A stretch of 64,000 nucleotides of DNA from the NCBI RefSeq assembly GCF_018350175.1, contig NC_058368.1, positions 215,638,001 to 215,702,000 of the forward strand. The letters are read 5' to 3'. The stretch comes from Felis catus. Its lineage: Eukaryota. The position numbers were made by a program, and so were the translations under genes. A model generated the notes under the pieces. It worked only from the letters and a program-made list of their open reading frames with translations. It had not been told where the DNA came from and searched no databases. Shown here in pieces: positions 61,680 through 64,000 of the stretch. How positions within the stretch are numbered: the stretch's first letter is position 1; the number at the start of each line of letters is the position of its first letter.

Positions 61680-61903
61680 GGGGCGCCTGGGTGGCGCAGT
61701 CAGTTGAGCATCCGACTTCAGCCAGGTCACGATCTCGCGGTCCGTGGGTTCGAGCCCCGCGTCAGGCTCTGGGCTGATGGCTCAGAGCCTGGAGCCTGTT
61801 TCCGATTCTGTGTCTCCCTCTCTCTCTGCCCCTCCCCCGTTCATGCTCTGTCTCCTCTGTCCCAAAAATAAATAAACGTTGAAAAAAAAATTAAAAAAAA
61901 AAC
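61680..61903 (+). mobile_element. Young SINEC_Fc inside the L1
   Basis: TSD AACTAAAAATAG at 61667-61678 and 61904-61915. Confidence 0.98.
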
Positions 61904-62094
61904 AACTAAAAATAGAAATATCATATGATCCAATATTTCCGCTATGGGGCATTTACCCAAAGACAATGGAAAAATACTAATTTAAAAAGATATATTCACT
62001 TCTATGTTTATTGCAACATTATTTATAATAACCAATATATGGAAGCAGCTTAAGGGTCTATCAATAGACGAATGGATAAGGAAGAAGTGGTATA

Positions 62095-62095
<1 letters not shown>

Positions 62096-62130
<35 letters not shown>
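62096..62130. repeat. (AC)n microsatellite
   Basis: Read directly. Confidence 0.95.
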
Positions 62131-62132
<2 letters not shown>

Positions 62133-62296
62133 AATATTATACAGCCATTGATAAGGATGAGAGAGTGCTATTTTTGACAACATAGGTGGACTTAAGACAG
62201 TATGATGCTAAGCGAAATAAGTCATACTTAGAAAGACAAATATCCCATGATTTCACTCATTATGAAGAATCTAAAAAAACAAAACAAAACAACAAA

Positions 62297-62297
<1 letters not shown>

Positions 62298-62338
<41 letters not shown>

Positions 62339-62340
62339 AC
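62298..62340. repeat. (CA)n microsatellite
   Basis: Read directly. Confidence 0.95.
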
Positions 62341-62908
62341 TAATAAACAAAAACCAGAATCAGACCTATAAATACAGAGAAAAAACTAATGGTTGCCAGA
62401 GGGGAGGGAGTGTGGGTTGAACAAAATGGGTGAAGGTGAGTTGGAGATACAGGCTTCCAGTTATGGAAAGGCACAGCATAAGAAATAGAGCCAATGACAT
62501 TCTCACAGCATTGTATGGTGACAGATGGTAGCTACATAATATATAAATTTGTGCAATCACTACATTGTATCCCTGAAACTAATGTAACATTATGTGTCAA
62601 CTACACTCAATAAAAATTGTTTAATTATAACCATCCATTAGTGCATAGGCTAGGCTACCATTTAACAATCATATTACTGCTTCTTTATGATCAATGCATG
62701 AGCTGTTGTACCTGTAAATAAATACAAATTTCTTGTTCACATTATCTTCCGTTTTTACATTAGTAACAGGTATCTCATCTACAGTGTTTTGTATCATAGA
62801 AGACAATATTGATGTAGATACTGACAGATGATTCATCTTGTAAACAGATGACACAAACTTGTAGTATTGATAAATATAGTACAGCTCTATATGTATTTTC
62901 TTTTATGG

Positions 62909-63126
62909 TTTTTTAAATGTTTATTTACTTTGAGAGAGAGAGTATAGAGGGAAGGAGAGAAGGAGAAAGAGAGAGAGAGAACATGGGGGGAGGCAGAGAG
63001 AGAGAAGGAAAGAGAGAATCCAGCACAGCGCAGCCCAGATGAGGGGCTGGATCCCACAAACTGAGATCGTGACCTGAGCCTAAATCAAGACTTGGACAAT
63101 TAACCAATTGAGCCACCCAGCTGCCC
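62909..63126 (-). mobile_element. CAN-SINE inside the Tigger 3' arm
   Basis: Reverse head GAGCCACCCAGCTGCCC; degenerate TSD TTATG(G/A)TTTT. Confidence 0.92.
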
Positions 63127-63408
63127 TCTGCCTTATGATTTTCTTAATAATGCTTTTTCTTTCCCAGCTTACTTTATTATAAGAATAAGTACATAATACA
63201 TATAATATATGGTATATGTATTAATCAATTTGTTATGTTATCAATAAGGCTTCTGGTCAACAGTAGGCTATTAGTAGTTACGTCAAAGTTATGTTGGATT
63301 AAGTTAAGTCAAAGTTATGCTGGATTTTCAATCGTGCAGGGAGTCAGTGATCCAGACCCTCATTTTGTTCAAATACCAACTGTATATTTCAATTAAAAAA
63401 TATTTCAA

Positions 63409-63614
63409 GGGGCACCTGGGTGGCTCCGTCGGTTAAGCATCTGACTTCAGCTCAGGTCATGATCTCACAGTTCGTGGGTTTGAGCCCTGTGTCAGGGTCT
63501 GTGCTGACAGCTCAGAGTCTGGAGCCTGCTTCGGATTCTGTGTCTCCCTCTCTCCTCCGCTCCCTCACTCATGCTCTGTTTCTGTCAAAAACAAATAAAC
63601 ATTAAAATCTTAAC
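63409..63614 (+). mobile_element. CAN-SINE
   Basis: GGGGCACCTGGGTGGCTC head; TSD AAAATATTT(C/T)AA. Confidence 0.96.
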
Positions 63615-63861
63615 AAAATATTTTAAAATATGGCATATGGAAGAGTTAAACATTGTACATAGGTACTTTTTTTTTTCACTTTAGGATGATTATATAAATT
63701 TCCTGTAGACAAAAACAAGGACAACCAAGAATCACTGCCCAAATAGAAGAAAATGCCATTGGTGCACAATGTATCTCAGAATATCTAATGGTATACCTGA
63801 TGTATTAAATGTGAAATATTTTCACACTGAAAAATCGTTGGTATATTTCTTTAAAAAAGGG

Positions 63862-64000
63862 ATATTTACTTCTTTTGAGGGGGAGGGGTAGCAGGGGAAG
63901 GGCAGAGACAGAGGGAGAGAGAGAGGATCCCAAGCAAGCTGTGCCCAGCAGCACATACTCCGACATGGTTCTTGAGCTCATGAACCATGAGATCATAACC
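63862..64000 (-). mobile_element. CAN-SINE, cut by the window edge
   Basis: GGGGCAGAGACAGAGGGAGAG...CCCAAGCA...CATGAACCATGAGATCAT. Confidence 0.9.

Larger units (their letters stand above)
60830..62618 (+). mobile_element. 5'-truncated, internally deleted LINE-1 (L1_Carn/L1MA9-like 3'UTR) inside the Tigger
   Basis: QINNLTLHLKEL at the start, KSFCTAKETISKMKRQPTKWEKIFA, 3'UTR GCATTGTATGGTGACAGATGGTAGCTAC...GTCAACTACACTCAATAAAAA. Confidence 0.9.
58018..63382 (+). mobile_element. End-to-end Tigger2-type (Tigger2f-like) TcMar/pogo DNA transposon, interrupted by an L1 and SINEs
   Basis: TA at 58016-17 and 63383-84; diverged TIRs CAGTCGGCTCTTGTGCAACATG and (reverse complement) CAGTTGGTATTTGAACAAAATG; about 3.3 kb after removing insertions. 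Confidence 0.9.

Noticed and set aside
1..64000. A novel multi-gene system, CRISPR array or operon
   Set aside because: This is repeat-rich mammalian DNA. There is no regularly spaced repeat-spacer array and no intact non-repeat ORF; the recurring 200-bp repeats are dispersed CAN-SINEs.

Overview
Mammalian genomic DNA, almost certainly from a felid (cat family), judged by about 32 tRNA-derived CAN-SINEs including the young SINEC_Fc type. It is AT-rich, mostly interspersed repeat, and has no protein-coding exon or RNA gene I can support. The ORF-track entries are SINE, L1, ERV or Tigger frames, or chance ORFs. Main contents: two L1MA9-like LINE-1s with 5'UTRs (1.6-12.5 kb, 37.0-41.7 kb); an antisense, internally deleted full-span carnivore L1 nested in the first; older L1M/L1ME relics; an ERVL provirus remnant (25.5-28.1 kb); several MaLR/ERV solo LTRs; L2, MIR and MER5A fossils; and an end-to-end Tigger2-type DNA transposon (58.0-63.4 kb) at the centre of a four-layer nest. 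I found no evidence of a new multi-gene system. The best leads are (i) a repeat-poor block at 12.5-13.9 kb with one perfect and one near-perfect DR4 nuclear-receptor element, (ii) an in-frame ORF1-ORF2 fusion junction in the nested L1, and (iii) recurrent microhomology and snap-back repair scars in the L1s. Subfamily names come from recalled consensus features, not a database search, and boundaries of old repeats are approximate.
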